Origin: Monocercomonoides exilis PA203
Lineage: Eukaryota > Protista > Preaxostyla
Assembly (NCBI GenBank): GCA_001643675.2
Contig: LSRY02000060.1
Coordinates: forward strand, 248,001-312,000
Reading direction: 5' to 3'
DNA length: 64,000 bases
Within the stretch, counting starts at the first letter, position 1. Each line of letters begins with the position of its first letter. Positions 49,400 through 61,185 of the stretch are shown one piece after another. Both the position numbers and the translations under genes were made by a program. The notes under the pieces were generated by a model. The model was not told the DNA's origin, ran no database searches, and saw nothing but the letters and a program-made list of their open reading frames with translations.

Positions 49400-50139
49400 G
49401 TTGTTAAGATTTTTTCAATTTCAGATTCTTCAAATGCATAAGGAAGTTTCATGTCTAATTTCTGAGTAGTTATCTGCCTGATGTTCATACTTGCTGGAAA
49501 TTCAAATTGATATATACTCTAATGATCTTGAAGTATCAGCTGATAACCTAAATAGTTCATCAGATATTTTTTCTATCGATAACTTTTTAACACAATTGGT
49601 ATCAGGAACTGATGTGTTGGATATGTATTCTTTTTGAACAGTCACTGACTGTTTAAGTTCTTCGATTATCTTACGTTGTTCTTCAATAATACTATCTTTT
49701 ATTGTTTTAAATGATTCTCCTGTAACTTGCGTTCGTTAATTGCATCCATAACTTTTCCAACTTCCACAGCGTATTCAGGAGATGCCCATATAGCGATATA
49801 GTTAATCAATCGCGGATCAACATATGTTCCTATAGTTTGTTTATTGTACCCTTTTTTCAACTCGTATTCATTCCATGTAATATTGCATTCATTTTTGCAT
49901 TCATCACATGCGTCCCAATTCTGGGACGCTTCATATTCTTGAATAAATTTTGCCAAATATAATTTCCATGCACCATTTTCATGAATCTTAGCATACCTTC
50001 TCTGATTGAATTGATAACACATTTTTGTGGCATTAATGAACTTGTCTTTTTCTCTAATTATTACAGATATACCGTTGTGTGCTCCAAGAATAAAAACTTC
50101 ATCATTCACAGTCAATAATTGTTTGTCAACGTTGTTCAT
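49400..50139 (-). pseudogene. KilA-N domain protein with coiled-coil C-terminus
   Basis: DKFINATKMC..GTYVDPRLINYIAIWASPEYAVEV. The frame continues after the stop at 49699; the 3' boundary is approximate. Confidence 0.85.
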
Positions 50140-50631
50140 CTTTTACAGAAGATAAAAAAAACAAAAAAATAAAAATTAACGTTAATTTATTGTGACACAT
50201 ATAAAGGTCACATAAGTGTACACTTCCTGAAAATAACATCAATATTGGGGTGGGTGGGATATCCCACATACCGCGTTAATATTTATCTCTAAATAATATT
50301 TGTTGTTGTTTATTTGTATCAAATCCATCGAAATGATAGTCAAATATGATGCGGCACAAGTGACTAAGTTTTTCATGTGCCAACATGTGTCATGTCGATT
50401 TTATATATAAGAAGTACTGATTTCAGTCTCAATATTGATCAATCTTACATCAAAAACTGTATAAGACCGGAGCAAGTGGAGTGGAGCAAGTTGTAAAATC
50501 GTTATCTCTAAAAACAGCGGCCATACGGACATATTGGTCATATATATGAAAAAAATGCATTTGAATACTAAAATCTTAAATAAGCTTTGTTTTTAAAAGA
50601 CTGGATTTTTTTGCTTTAACTAAAAAGACAA

Positions 50632-53226
50632 ATGGAAAACACGATGGTCATAAATTCTGATCTCTTCAAAAAGAATCCAGTATTAATGGTTGACGAAGAT
50701 CCAATAATAGAAAAGATGTTTGTACAGGAAGAACAAAAACAGATAATACGAAAAGAAATGATGAAAAATAAAACTATTGGTGAACGAATAAATGGATGTC
50801 AAAAACCATTATTCAATTACAAGAAAGTGTCTCGAGAATTTGAGAACAAGGCTACAGATGAAACGATTTTTGAAACAGGACAAAAAACAGGACAATATAT
50901 TGATATCAGCAAAATTGATAATCTGGCTGTTGTGGATATCGATATTAATAAAGCAGTCGACGAAGATAGAAAAGAAAAAATCAGACAATCAATTCTTTTA
51001 AGATTACCAGAAAATGTTGGATTAGTTCAGACAGGAAATGGTGGATAACATATCTATTGTGACCGAGATGAATATCCACTCAAAACTGATTCACAAACAA
51101 AAGCATATAAGTGTTCTGATAATGATATTGATGTGTTTGCTTGTGTTCATGGTAATACAAGATATGTTACACAAGCTAACACTGAAGTAGTTAAATTTGA
51201 TAGTGAAGAAGACAAGAAAGCAGCAACAACATATGAAAACATTAAAGCAAAACAACTTCATGAAGAATTATCTGACATCGATCCCAGATTGGCTGTAAAT
51301 GACAGTCGTTACATTTCTTTAGCTGGATCCAAAGAATATCCAAATGTGAAAAACAATAGAAAAGTCTTACATTATATCGATTTGAATAACTATCTTTCAA
51401 AGACTAGTCTGGCTTCATTGGAAACAGTTCTTGATATTTTCGGAATTGATTTGAAGTATCATGTCTCCAGTTATGAGACTAATATTCATTTAACTGCTGA
51501 TGGAATCTGTTCAATGCCGAAAGAGTTTGCTGAATTACTGGTCTGTGGACTTACAGATGTCACAATTCATAAGTATTGTCATCACAGTATTGACAAAGAA
51601 TTGTCATTGTTCCCATTGTTTAGTGCCATTAACAGTCTCGTTAATATTGAATCAGTAGAAGAAGAAGATATTGATGCAAACTATCAAGAAATAAAAAGTA
51701 ATAACAAATTGACACAAAATGCTGATTTGAATTGGGATCAAACACGAGAGAAATGTTCAAATTAGAAATCAACACCTTATGTATTACAGAAGATTGTAAA
51801 GATCTGGTGTCCTGAGTATTATCAAAACACTATTGTCCCTGAGATCAGAAAGATGAAACTGTTGAAAAGCAAGAGCTCGATAAATGAAGATGAAAACATT
51901 GACTATGAGAAGTGTATCAAACAAATTGATTTATATGATTCATTTTCATTAACAGATATAAGAAAAAAATCAGAAAGTGGTCAGTATAAGAACAATATTG
52001 AAGTATTATCTGATCTTTCAAGAGTTATTCGATTTATTGAAACTGGATCAATGTATATACAAAAAGAATATGATATATTTGACAAATGTTGGTGTATTGC
52101 TTTCGTCACAGATACAAATATGAAGAAAAATCTAAAGATGATGCAATTGTGGAAGACTGAATCGAAAACAATAACCGCATATGACATTTTACTTACAGGT
52201 TTATCCAAATTAACATTACAAGGTGTTACGTTTAATGCTTTAGATGTTCCAAACATGTATTCGATGTTTCAAGGGTTTAAGTTTCGAATTCTTGAACAAG
52301 TCGACATGAAAATAATATCAACGTTTCTTGACTTTGTTCGAGAGGTAATTGAGGATTCAAATGATGAACTATATGAATATGTTATTAACTGGATTGCTAA
52401 TATTGTTCAACATCCTGGAATCAAAAATGAAACTGCCTTGGTATTGAAAGGAATTCAAGGGATTGGTAAGAATAGATTTACAGATGTAATATCTGAATTG
52501 TTTGCTGGATATTCGAGCAGAAATGTTACAGAAATAAGAGAATTGACAGGTAACTTTAATTCTGTTGTAGAAAGCAAAATGTTAATAATATTAAACGAAC
52601 TCAAGAACTGTGGAGAAGATAGACTTGCAAACTTCAATGCATTAAAATCAGTTATTACAGATATAGTGATAAGAATAAACGAAAAGAATCAACCAAGAAG
52701 AAATTCTGAAAATGTCGCTAACTTTATATTCGTTTCAAACAATTCATTTCCAGTTAAAATAGAGGCTGGAGATCGTAGATACGTTGTTCTGTCCTGTAAT
52801 GGAAAATATAAAAACAACTTTACATACTTTGAACAATTATGCAAATCATTTACAACGGAATTTTATAATAATCTGTTAACGTATTTTATGAAAAGAGATC
52901 TCTCAAAATTCAACGTAAGATTAATTCCAATGACAGAAGCTAAACAAGATATTATCGAGGCAAGCAAAAACCCTTTTGAAAACTGGATTTGTGATTATTA
53001 TGATGACCTATGCGAAGGTGTGAAATGAACAGAAGCTCTAGCAAATAATCCTTGTGAGATGAAAGATAAAAATTTTCAACTGCAGATCAAAGATAAATGC
53101 GTTCATAAACAAAAAACAAAAAATGGAGTACGATCATGATATTATATATTGAAAGATGAATGTATGTCTTTGTGTCATCAAACAATAACTGCAGGAGATG
53201 AAATTGTAAATGCACTATCGATTTGA
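50632..53226 (+). pseudogene. Primase-polymerase fused to D5-like SF3 helicase
   Basis: VVDIDI, VQTGNGG*HIYC; Walker A LKGIQGIGKN, Walker B IILNE, motif C FVSNN, DRRY. One frame with stops at 51048, 51765 and 53028. Confidence 0.9.
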
Positions 53227-53478
53227 AGAATCTCTATTGCTTCAGGGGTATAAAGCTTATATGTTGGATAAATTTTTCAAATAATAATGTCACATATGTC
53301 CGAATGGCCACTGATTTTTGAAGAAGTGAAATAACCCTGTGCACTCGGTGCACTTGGTGCATTAACATATATTCATCATATAAATATTTATGAATCGTAT
53401 ATGTTTATTTAACAAAAATGAAAAAATATAACTAATATTGGAATAAATAATGAAAACAGTTTTGATATATTTTTTGAT

Positions 53479-53922
53479 TTAATATTCCAACATGTATTTC
53501 ATTACGAATTTAACATTAGACATATCCAAAGGAGTTTCATCAAAATTTTTGAACCAAACTCTGAAGTTATCTTGTTGAAAGAACTGTTGATATTTATCTC
53601 TTTCTTGAAATTCATTACAATATTTAACAAGAGAATCATTATCTTTATCTACATGAATGAAATCCCCATGTAATGAAATGTGTTTAGGCTCTTCAAGTGC
53701 AATAGTATTAATTAAACTTGAAGATTCAATGTTGTTTAATTCAATTTTTCGAATCAGTTTGCACCATAAAACATGAAAATATCTTTTTCGTTTTGAATTA
53801 ATAAACGCTTTTGGAAGATTAGTGATTAAAGTTGATGTGTGATATCTTTTAACAGGAACACTTATATCATAATTTATATCTTTCCTCGACGAAATCGCTG
53901 GATGCACTTCATGCGCAGTCAT
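53479..53922 (-). CDS. 147-aa beta-rich protein, possible minor capsid (penton) protein
   Basis: Intact ORF just downstream of the putative MCP. Size and alternating hydrophobic pattern fit a single jelly roll; function inferred from context. Confidence 0.4.
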   Translation of the reverse strand: MTAHEVHPAISSRKDINYDISVPVKRYHTSTLITNLPKAFINSKRKRYFHVLWCKLIRKIELNNIESSSLINTIALEEPKHISLHGDFIHVDKDNDSLVKYCNEFQERDKYQQFFQQDNFRVWFKNFDETPLDMSNVKFVMKYMLEY

Positions 53923-54178
53923 TTACTGAAAATTATAATCACAAAGCATTTCAAAAATGAAATTTAACATGCATCGATTCAGGTGTTGGAAGTCTTGGAG
54001 GATCTACATTTTTTATTCCTGCTGTTAATAATAAACACTGAAATGTTTTGACAATTGTTGATATTATTAATGTTGTGCAAAGGACAATTTCAAATAACAT
54101 TTATGAAAATCTAAAATGTATTACTCACTAATGTTTTATATTATAGATAAAAATAAAAAAAATATATAATTGGTTGGT

Positions 54179-55939
54179 TTATTCTTCTAATTCTCCAGTT
54201 GGAGTATATCCTAACGCTCTTAACACATCTTCTGCAGTATGATCTTTAACATATTGAACGTTTAATCCATCTTTAAGACTAAAAATCCAAAATGATTGTT
54301 GAACCATGTTGAATAGAGGAGCAGGAGGATGTCTTGCAGTTTGAGTGAGATCATCTCTAACGTTGTAATAAGTATCTGTTTCTCCACTGTATATGGGAGT
54401 TCCTCTGAGTTCAACAGAAACAGGAGTATTTCCAGTGTGAATTCCATCAAAACAGATTCCAGTTCCACCACTTCTCTCACACTGTGTAGTGAACATGAAT
54501 GATGTATCATCAGTAGTTGGAAAGAAGATTTCTGAAGCATTATTTTTGACACTTGTGAGACTCTCTTCATACTCCTCAGTAGCAGGGTGTAAAGAATCAA
54601 GATCTGAAGCATTAAGCATCATCTGGAAAAACGTTGCATCTGTAGTATTTAAAAGCTTTTCAGGGAATCGTCTATCACCGATGAAGAGTTGGAGCTCTTT
54701 ATATTGAGGGTTATCAAATGCAGTCCAATGACGAGTATCTTTTTATATTAGAGTAACTGTTGACATCACATGATTAAAGTATAAGTTGTCATGGCACTGT
54801 TGAAATCCTGAAGGAGAAGGAGCACTTCCTAATCTTTTTGTCTCAATACTTTGTGAAGGAACAACAAATGGATGAGAAGAGAAGTATTCAACAAGATTTG
54901 TTAAGCATTGAGAAGACACACTATATCCCGCAATAGAGATCTTACAGTCTTTCGTCTGGCAGAATGTGACTGTGGGAGTAAACTCAAAAATAATAGTTTC
55001 ATAATTGAATCTATCAACAGTTCCTTCAGCAGTTAAGTCATCATTAAATACAAACTGACGTGAGGGACAGTTTATTTGTGTGAACTTCTTTGCATACTCA
55101 AAACATGAATCAGGAGTGGTAAGGATCATCTTCATTATGCTATAGTAGTTTTGTCCTTGTGAAGATTTGAAATTGTTTCTTCGTTTTCCTACAGTTTTGA
55201 TCATGGACATTTTTGGAGATACTCGACAGTGAACAAGTGCTTCAGGTTTTATGGTGTATTTGAGTTTCAAATTTCCGAATAAACGATTTGGATAATCAAT
55301 AAATCCTGAAAACAGTAGATTATCATCAAGAGGAATAGATATTGGAATATCAATATCAAGATAAGATCCTGCTTTAATTAGTGTTATCGGAACGTAGACT
55401 CCACAAGCAGAATTATCATATTTGTGCACGTTATCATATAAAGAGTGTATATGTTTTCGATTATCTTTCTCAGTTTTTGGCTTGATTGTGTTATATATAA
55501 ATGATTCAATAGTTGCGTTGGGCTGACGAGTTGAATCAATAATCTTATCTTCTCCATGAACCACACAATAATCTGAGATAATATTTGATCCTGATCTCAA
55601 TCCGATGAACATAAATTGAGACTCAAGCAGTTTCTTTCCTGCTTGTGAGATCACATTATCGCGTGTGACAAGATCATGAGAGAAATTAATTCTTGCAGAA
55701 ATGACTGTTGTAATAAATGAATCGTGAATTTGTGTGACATCCACATTTGTGTTAGTCATCGATATGTTTATTTCATGAGTGTAATCCAATGGAAGTTTTT
55801 CATCAGGAATAGCTTCTGAAATAGAATAATAGTGTCTTCCATCGTTTATTGCAGTCATTTTTGAATAAGTTTTTACTGCAGCCTCTATATTTCCAACAGG
55901 CTGTAACCCAAATGCATTTGTAACATGCAGATTTGACAT
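54179..55939 (-). pseudogene. Putative double jelly-roll major capsid protein (~585 codons, one internal stop)
   Basis: ORFs 54743..55939 and 54179..54622 are in one frame across a single TAA. Largest unassigned beta-rich gene, close to the ATPase. Confidence 0.6.
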
Positions 55940-55997
55940 TTCGTATTTAATAGAAGATAAAAACTTGAAGAATATAATTTTTTATCGCTATCAAAAT

Positions 55998-56350
55998 ATG
56001 TCAGCTGGAATTTGGAATAAAATGAAAAACTTTTTCTCGAATACATTCAATTCTGTGAAAAATGGTATTAAATGGGAAACGATAAGATATTGAAGCTTCT
56101 TGTTCGACCTGTTTTGAATACTGTATCACCATTCCTTCCTGGCCCTGGAAAACTTATTAATAACGTTGTCAACACAGTCAGTGATTTTGCTGATAATGCT
56201 CTAGGAAACAGAAGCAGAAACAACTCTTACGATCTGCAAAATTCTAACAATTCAGGAACATTAAACAGATGAGGAGTAATTAATCGAGCAACATCGAGTA
56301 CTTCAGATATTCGAAGGCAAGGATTGCTTAACAGAAGAGTTCAACAATAA
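55998..56350 (+). pseudogene. Small protein with N-terminal amphipathic helix (protein VI-like candidate)
   Basis: MSAGIWNKMKNFFSNTFNSVKNGIKW, then a 1-nt shift into ORF 56072 (GNDKILK..VLNTVSPFLPGPG..), with an Arg-rich tail. Confidence 0.5.
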
Positions 56351-56615
56351 AAATAAAACTATTAATAAAATCCACAAAAATATTTTTTACTTTATAAATG
56401 TAATTTTTTATTTTTGTATTTATTATTTGTTTAAAATTGATCTTCTTCGATATCCATCTTGTCAGAAATCGCTGTTGATTAAGAAGACGAAGAAGCTGAC
56501 GATGAACTTGTGCCTTGATTAGATTTGATAAAAATTTCTATAAAAGGATTCTGAAGATCCGGATTTGTATTTATTAATGGCACAAAATTTGTCAAAGGAT
56601 TTTGAGAAGTGAATA

Positions 56616-57317
56616 TCATTTTTGCAATTGAATCGTTGTTGGAGAATATCTTTCAATGAGAACATCGAAATCGTCATCAGTTAATCGAGAGTAGAATGCT
56701 TTCCAATACTTCCTGTGCTTTGATATCACATTTTCTTTATCGATAAACATATTGTAAATACCGATATTTGGATTGATAGCCATCATCATATCATGAATCA
56801 AACACTGTCTGTATATTACTGAATTAATTCTTGTTTGATGCTGACTGTAGGTGAATTTTTTATTTTCACATAATTTTCTCACCTCATCACTTGTGTTGAA
56901 ACTTAATTGAAACTTCTCAAGGATCTGTGAAACTACTCTCTTTTTGAAATCAATATCCATTCTGTCAACTTGTCCTTTATGAAGATTCTTCAAATAATCA
57001 ACATATTTGTTCTCACGTCTGTCATTCAAGTTTGGATATTTATCAATATAATTACGCATAAGTTTTCTTCTCTTGCGCTCATTTCCTATTGTATATCCAT
57101 CAACAGCATATACATCGTTATTAGGAGTTTTCCAAATGATCTTATCGGGAGTATCAGGATTGTTATCATGATCTATTGAATCGAAACTCCAATCTTTTCC
57201 TTCTTTCCAAAGTTTATTTCGTATCAGATAGTTTTTCCCTGACTGTTCACTCATCAGATCTTTAATATATCGTATTTCCTGTTGTTGATCAAGCACAATA
57301 TGTTTCAATTCATCCAT
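56616..57317 (-). CDS. Polinton hypothetical protein with DHDNNPDTPD loop
   Basis: 233-aa ORF with complex composition, divergent from the ATPase. Confidence 0.6.
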   Translation of the reverse strand: MDELKHIVLDQQQEIRYIKDLMSEQSGKNYLIRNKLWKEGKDWSFDSIDHDNNPDTPDKIIWKTPNNDVYAVDGYTIGNERKRRKLMRNYIDKYPNLNDRRENKYVDYLKNLHKGQVDRMDIDFKKRVVSQILEKFQLSFNTSDEVRKLCENKKFTYSQHQTRINSVIYRQCLIHDMMMAINPNIGIYNMFIDKENVISKHRKYWKAFYSRLTDDDFDVLIERYSPTTIQLQK

Positions 57318-57495
57318 TCAAAGTTTTGCTTTTGGACCACCTGCATGTGCCTTTTTTCTATTGGTGGGATCTGATGAAAATAGTGAAATTCCTTTTTTTG
57401 GTAACTCAAGCAGATTTAGATTGTTAAACATCAATAGTTCTTTTATACAAGATAAAAATGTTTTTATCAGATTTAAATACAAAATAATTATCATT

Positions 57496-58398
57496 ATGAA
57501 AAGTGGACTAATTCTAAAAGAAATCAACTCGAGATCCTTAGAGACAATCGTGAATAGAAGAAACAGGGAGGCAGAATTGGATATCACACATGAGATACAA
57601 TCAGACATACATCCAGATCTGTTTTTCAAACGCAATTTTGTAAATTTGCTTGTCGGAGGAAGAGGAAGTGGAAAAACATATAGTGTATTGAAAGAATTAG
57701 CTAAAGTGAGTGCATTTGATGAATTATATCAAGAATATGATGTCACTCCTGAGTTACATTTTGGAGGCTATTCATTATTTGTGTATGTGTCTGACAAGAG
57801 CAGTGATCAGACATATGAAAGGATGAAGAAATTTTTTGAATTTCCAATTGTGCAAGTGAGATATAATGAAGCTTTAAAAACACTAACTGATATCAGTAAT
57901 GCCAAAGAACTCTATCGTGATATACGCAATAGAAAACAACAGGAAGAAGCAGTTGTGAATGCTGTATTAGAGACACTGCATATAGAAGACTTTTCTCAAC
58001 CTGTTCATCACACAGCAGTTTTATTTGATGATTGCATGGAGATGTTCAAAAAGAAAGATGGGATATTTAGGTTACTGTTTGAGAATAGACAGCCTATGAT
58101 CACATACTTCTTATGCTTTCAAGATCCGAAAGGAATATGCTCAGAAGGGAAAGCTAATTTGGATACTCTGTGGATATATGGAGGATTCTCTAAATTGAAG
58201 TTCAATTATGTATATTTTCAGCTGCAGACTAATCAAGATCGTGACACTCTATGGGAAGGCTACAAAAATTTAAACAGAAGAGATATCATGCACTTCTCAT
58301 ATGATTACGATGGAACAAAAATAAAGACTATTATTGATGCTAAAAAGGATGAGAACAGAAGAACAGCGATCAACGTGAGATATGTTAGAAATCTTTAA
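57496..58398 (+). CDS. Viral genome-packaging ATPase (A32/FtsK-HerA type)
   Basis: Walker A LLVGGRGSGKT, Walker B VLFDD, arginine-finger region ENRQ and CFQD. Uninterrupted; likely start ATG at 57496. Confidence 0.9.
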   Translation: MKSGLILKEINSRSLETIVNRRNREAELDITHEIQSDIHPDLFFKRNFVNLLVGGRGSGKTYSVLKELAKVSAFDELYQEYDVTPELHFGGYSLFVYVSDKSSDQTYERMKKFFEFPIVQVRYNEALKTLTDISNAKELYRDIRNRKQQEEAVVNAVLETLHIEDFSQPVHHTAVLFDDCMEMFKKKDGIFRLLFENRQPMITYFLCFQDPKGICSEGKANLDTLWIYGGFSKLKFNYVYFQLQTNQDRDTLWEGYKNLNRRDIMHFSYDYDGTKIKTIIDAKKDENRRTAINVRYVRNL

Positions 58399-58742
58399 AG
58401 CATTCTATTATTTTTCAAAGTTTCGACAACGATTTCCATTTGTTTAGATAAAATATTGATTGCATCAATTATCTCAGAATCGGTAGATATATTTTTCGAC
58501 AAGTAATTATTTGTAGATTTCTAAAGAAATATCTTATTATTGAGCTTAGTGATTCTTTATCCTTCGATGTGATATTGCTTATTGAGTTTGCATGTGGATA
58601 GCTTATTCATCTCTTCTTCATTATCTGTTAGATATTCTTTAAACTCCTGAATTGTTTCAAAAATTTTTATATCAGGTGAAAAAGGTTCTATTATAGTTAA
58701 ATCTGGTAATTCTTTTTTAATAGTTTTAGCTGTTTTTGACAT
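58395..58742 (-). pseudogene. Small Polinton hypothetical protein
   Basis: MSKTAK..FETIQEFKEYL..KLNKQYHIEG*RITKLNNK; the frame continues through the stop. Confidence 0.5.
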
Positions 58743-58789
58743 CTTTTGAAAGAAGATAAAAATATATTTATTCATTTTGTTTTACACAA

Positions 58790-59037
58790 TATTTTTAATA
58801 AGCCTCTTCAATAGAAATATATTTAGCATTATTGAGAATAGTTTGGACCTCTTTTAAAGTGTCTTCACTTTCGAACATGTGTTTTGAAAGCATTTTTGTG
58901 ACAGTTTGTTGAATTGCGTGCAAATGCTATTTGAAGAACTCATTTTGTAATTTGAATCTTTCTTGACTTTATCTTATTTGCTGCAGTTGTTTTGCTTTTG
59001 CTTCTTCTTCTGATGCATATAACTTTTTTCTTCCCAT
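58790..59037 (-). pseudogene. Small basic terminal Polinton ORF
   Basis: MGRKKLYASEEEAKAKQLQQIR*SQERFK.. with two internal stops; first ORF inside the right TIR. Confidence 0.4.
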
Positions 59038-59141
59038 TGAATTTTAAAATGAATTAAAAAATATATAAATTATTTTTTAAACTTATAATTTCTATTTTTT
59101 TTCCCATTTTTTGAACATATTTTAAATAACTTTCTTTTTTC

Positions 59142-59815
59142 ATAGAAATTAAAAAATATTAAATTTTAAAAAATAAATTCGAAAAAGGGTCCTATTTAAT
59201 TTTTTAGTAGAACCGAGAGTTTTGGAAATTTTTCAATATTTGGGATTTTGTTTTGTGATTGATTTGATTTCAATAATTATTATTATTGATTGATTAAATT
59301 ATTTTTTTGTTTAATTTTGATTGTCATTGAGCGCTTTTCATTAAGCACTTTTCATTTATTATTGTGAATTAGATTTTGATTTTGAGTTCTAAATTCACTG
59401 CGAATTTGACTGCAGCGCAGCTATGAGCAACTCTGTCTCATATATCGCAAAGAGGCATGATTTATTTGATTTGACAAATGTTTGAAAATTTGTCGCCTCT
59501 AACGGGTATTGAACCCTTGACCTTAATTATGAAAGGCCATGGTATTACCCTTAAGTTATGAAAGTTTAATATAAATATGCGTGTTTCAAATTTGCTTTTA
59601 TTTTAGATAGAAATTAAATGAACTGAAATAATTTAAACAGTTAATATTTTGATCACACTAAAGTATGTGAAAAAATACCTCATTTTTCAAATATTTATGA
59701 TTAATTTAAGTTGAAATTTTTAAATTTTCTAATGAGATGAAATTTGGAGCCATAATGTGAGTGATTTGTGCCACATTTTTAAACGTGGGTTTAATCACTC
59801 GCATTATGTACTTCT
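59142..59815 (-). repeat. Polinton right terminal inverted repeat (tRNA-like copy at 59494-59565)
   Basis: Reverse complement of 2473-3146. Confidence 0.95.
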
Positions 59816-61185
59816 GATCAAAACCACAACAGAAAACGAGTGCACAAAGGTTAAAAAACAACAGGAAAGTGACAAACTGAAGAATTGTGTGGAGAAAACA
59901 ACAAACACAAAGAAGAATACAAAGAGGAATATGAAGAAAAAGGAGAAGAAGAGGTGGAGGAGCTGGCTGTTTGTGTGAAACATCACGAAAGAGAAGGGGA
60001 AGAGCACGAGGTGGTCCAACAACCGACGAATTGGATAAAGATTTTACTGGAGATGTGGAAAAATAATTGGAGAGAGAAGGCGAAAGATCTGAAATAGCAG
60101 GAGAAGAGAAAGAAGATGATACGCAAAAGGGAGGAGAGAAAGAGGAAAGCGAATAAGAGCCATTGGAATTCCTGTTTTGAGCAATCTCGTCATTCGGGGT
60201 TGAAGTTTTAAAGAAGAGAGAAAAGCCACAACTAGACAGATCAGGTGCTGCATTTAGAGAGTGAAGCGGGGTTGACACAAAAGGCAGCTGAAACGCACAG
60301 CCTTGGAATTCGACTGATGAATTGAGAAGAAACGAAGAAAAGGAAAAAGATGAAGTAGACTATGACAATGATGGCGATGACGATTTATCGCTCGAGTCAT
60401 TCTGTGTTTCATTCCTATTTTTTCTCCAACACTTCCTTCTTCATCTGTTGTCGTGATTTCATCCGTTCCAATGGGAATGATGTCTGACGTGATGAGTGCT
60501 ACCCTCAAAAGCGACAGGTCGTCCTTGCCGAGAGAGAAGCAGTCGTCGATGGTTAACAGCACATCCTGTTTCAGCTGAACGCAGGAAACGAGATGGATGA
60601 CTTGCTGTGGGATGAAGGGAAATGTAGCAACGATCTGTGGAGTGGGTGTGGGAAAGGACAATAGCTCCGTTGGGGAAGAAGAAAGTTAAAAAGAAGAAGA
60701 TAGTGAAGAAAGAAAAAATGTTGTAATAGAATAGTAAATATCTGTGAAGCGCTAACAAAAAATTGAAAAATCAACAAACAATTACGGAAATAAAGAAAGT
60801 GAAAAGATATCCACAAAGATGTGTGGAAAAGAGAATGCATGACAAAGAAGATATTTTGAAAGCTTTAAAGGCACTTCGGACATAATCATAGAAAAGAAGT
60901 GAGATTTTATTGTAAAGAGCAAGAAAAGCAAAATATATACTCCTTCTAGTTTTCTTCCATCACGAATATTGCTTTCAATTTCCTCATTCAGATGTTCTTC
61001 TTTTTATTTGCTCATTGATATTTACGCTTCACAAGAACTATTTTTAAATCTGCAGTATATTTATGAAAATATTGATTGATATTTTTGTGAAAATCAAAAA
61101 AGAAAACAGATTATTTATTGTGTTTTTTAAAAATTAATTGAAAGAATTGAGAAATGAAAATACTTTTGTCAAAAGGCTAAATAGT

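Larger units (their letters stand above)
2473..59815 (+). mobile_element. Polinton/Maverick-type endogenous virus, decayed, with nested insertions (~19.1 kb after removing them)
   Basis: Starts AGTAGT and ends ACTTCT (degenerate ACTACT). ~670-bp TIRs. Contains pPolB, integrase, packaging ATPase, primase-helicase and capsid-like genes. GATC lies on both sides (2469-2472, 59816-59819). Confidence 0.95.

Noticed and set aside
3900-59040. Non-standard genetic code (TAA/TAG = Gln), suggested by in-frame stops such as MFL**KQQQQ and KEF*EM
   Set aside because: Stops also replace expected Leu (GNGG*HIYC, YEF*Q) and Arg (TGA at 10446). All three stop types and frameshifts occur, and intact ORFs (hAT, ATPase, 53479) end in TAA. 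This is ordinary decay.
2473-59815. Adenain-like maturation protease expected in many Polintons
   Set aside because: No ORF with the H..D..Q..CG pattern was recognised. Absence by eye is weak evidence, so it is not claimed as a finding.
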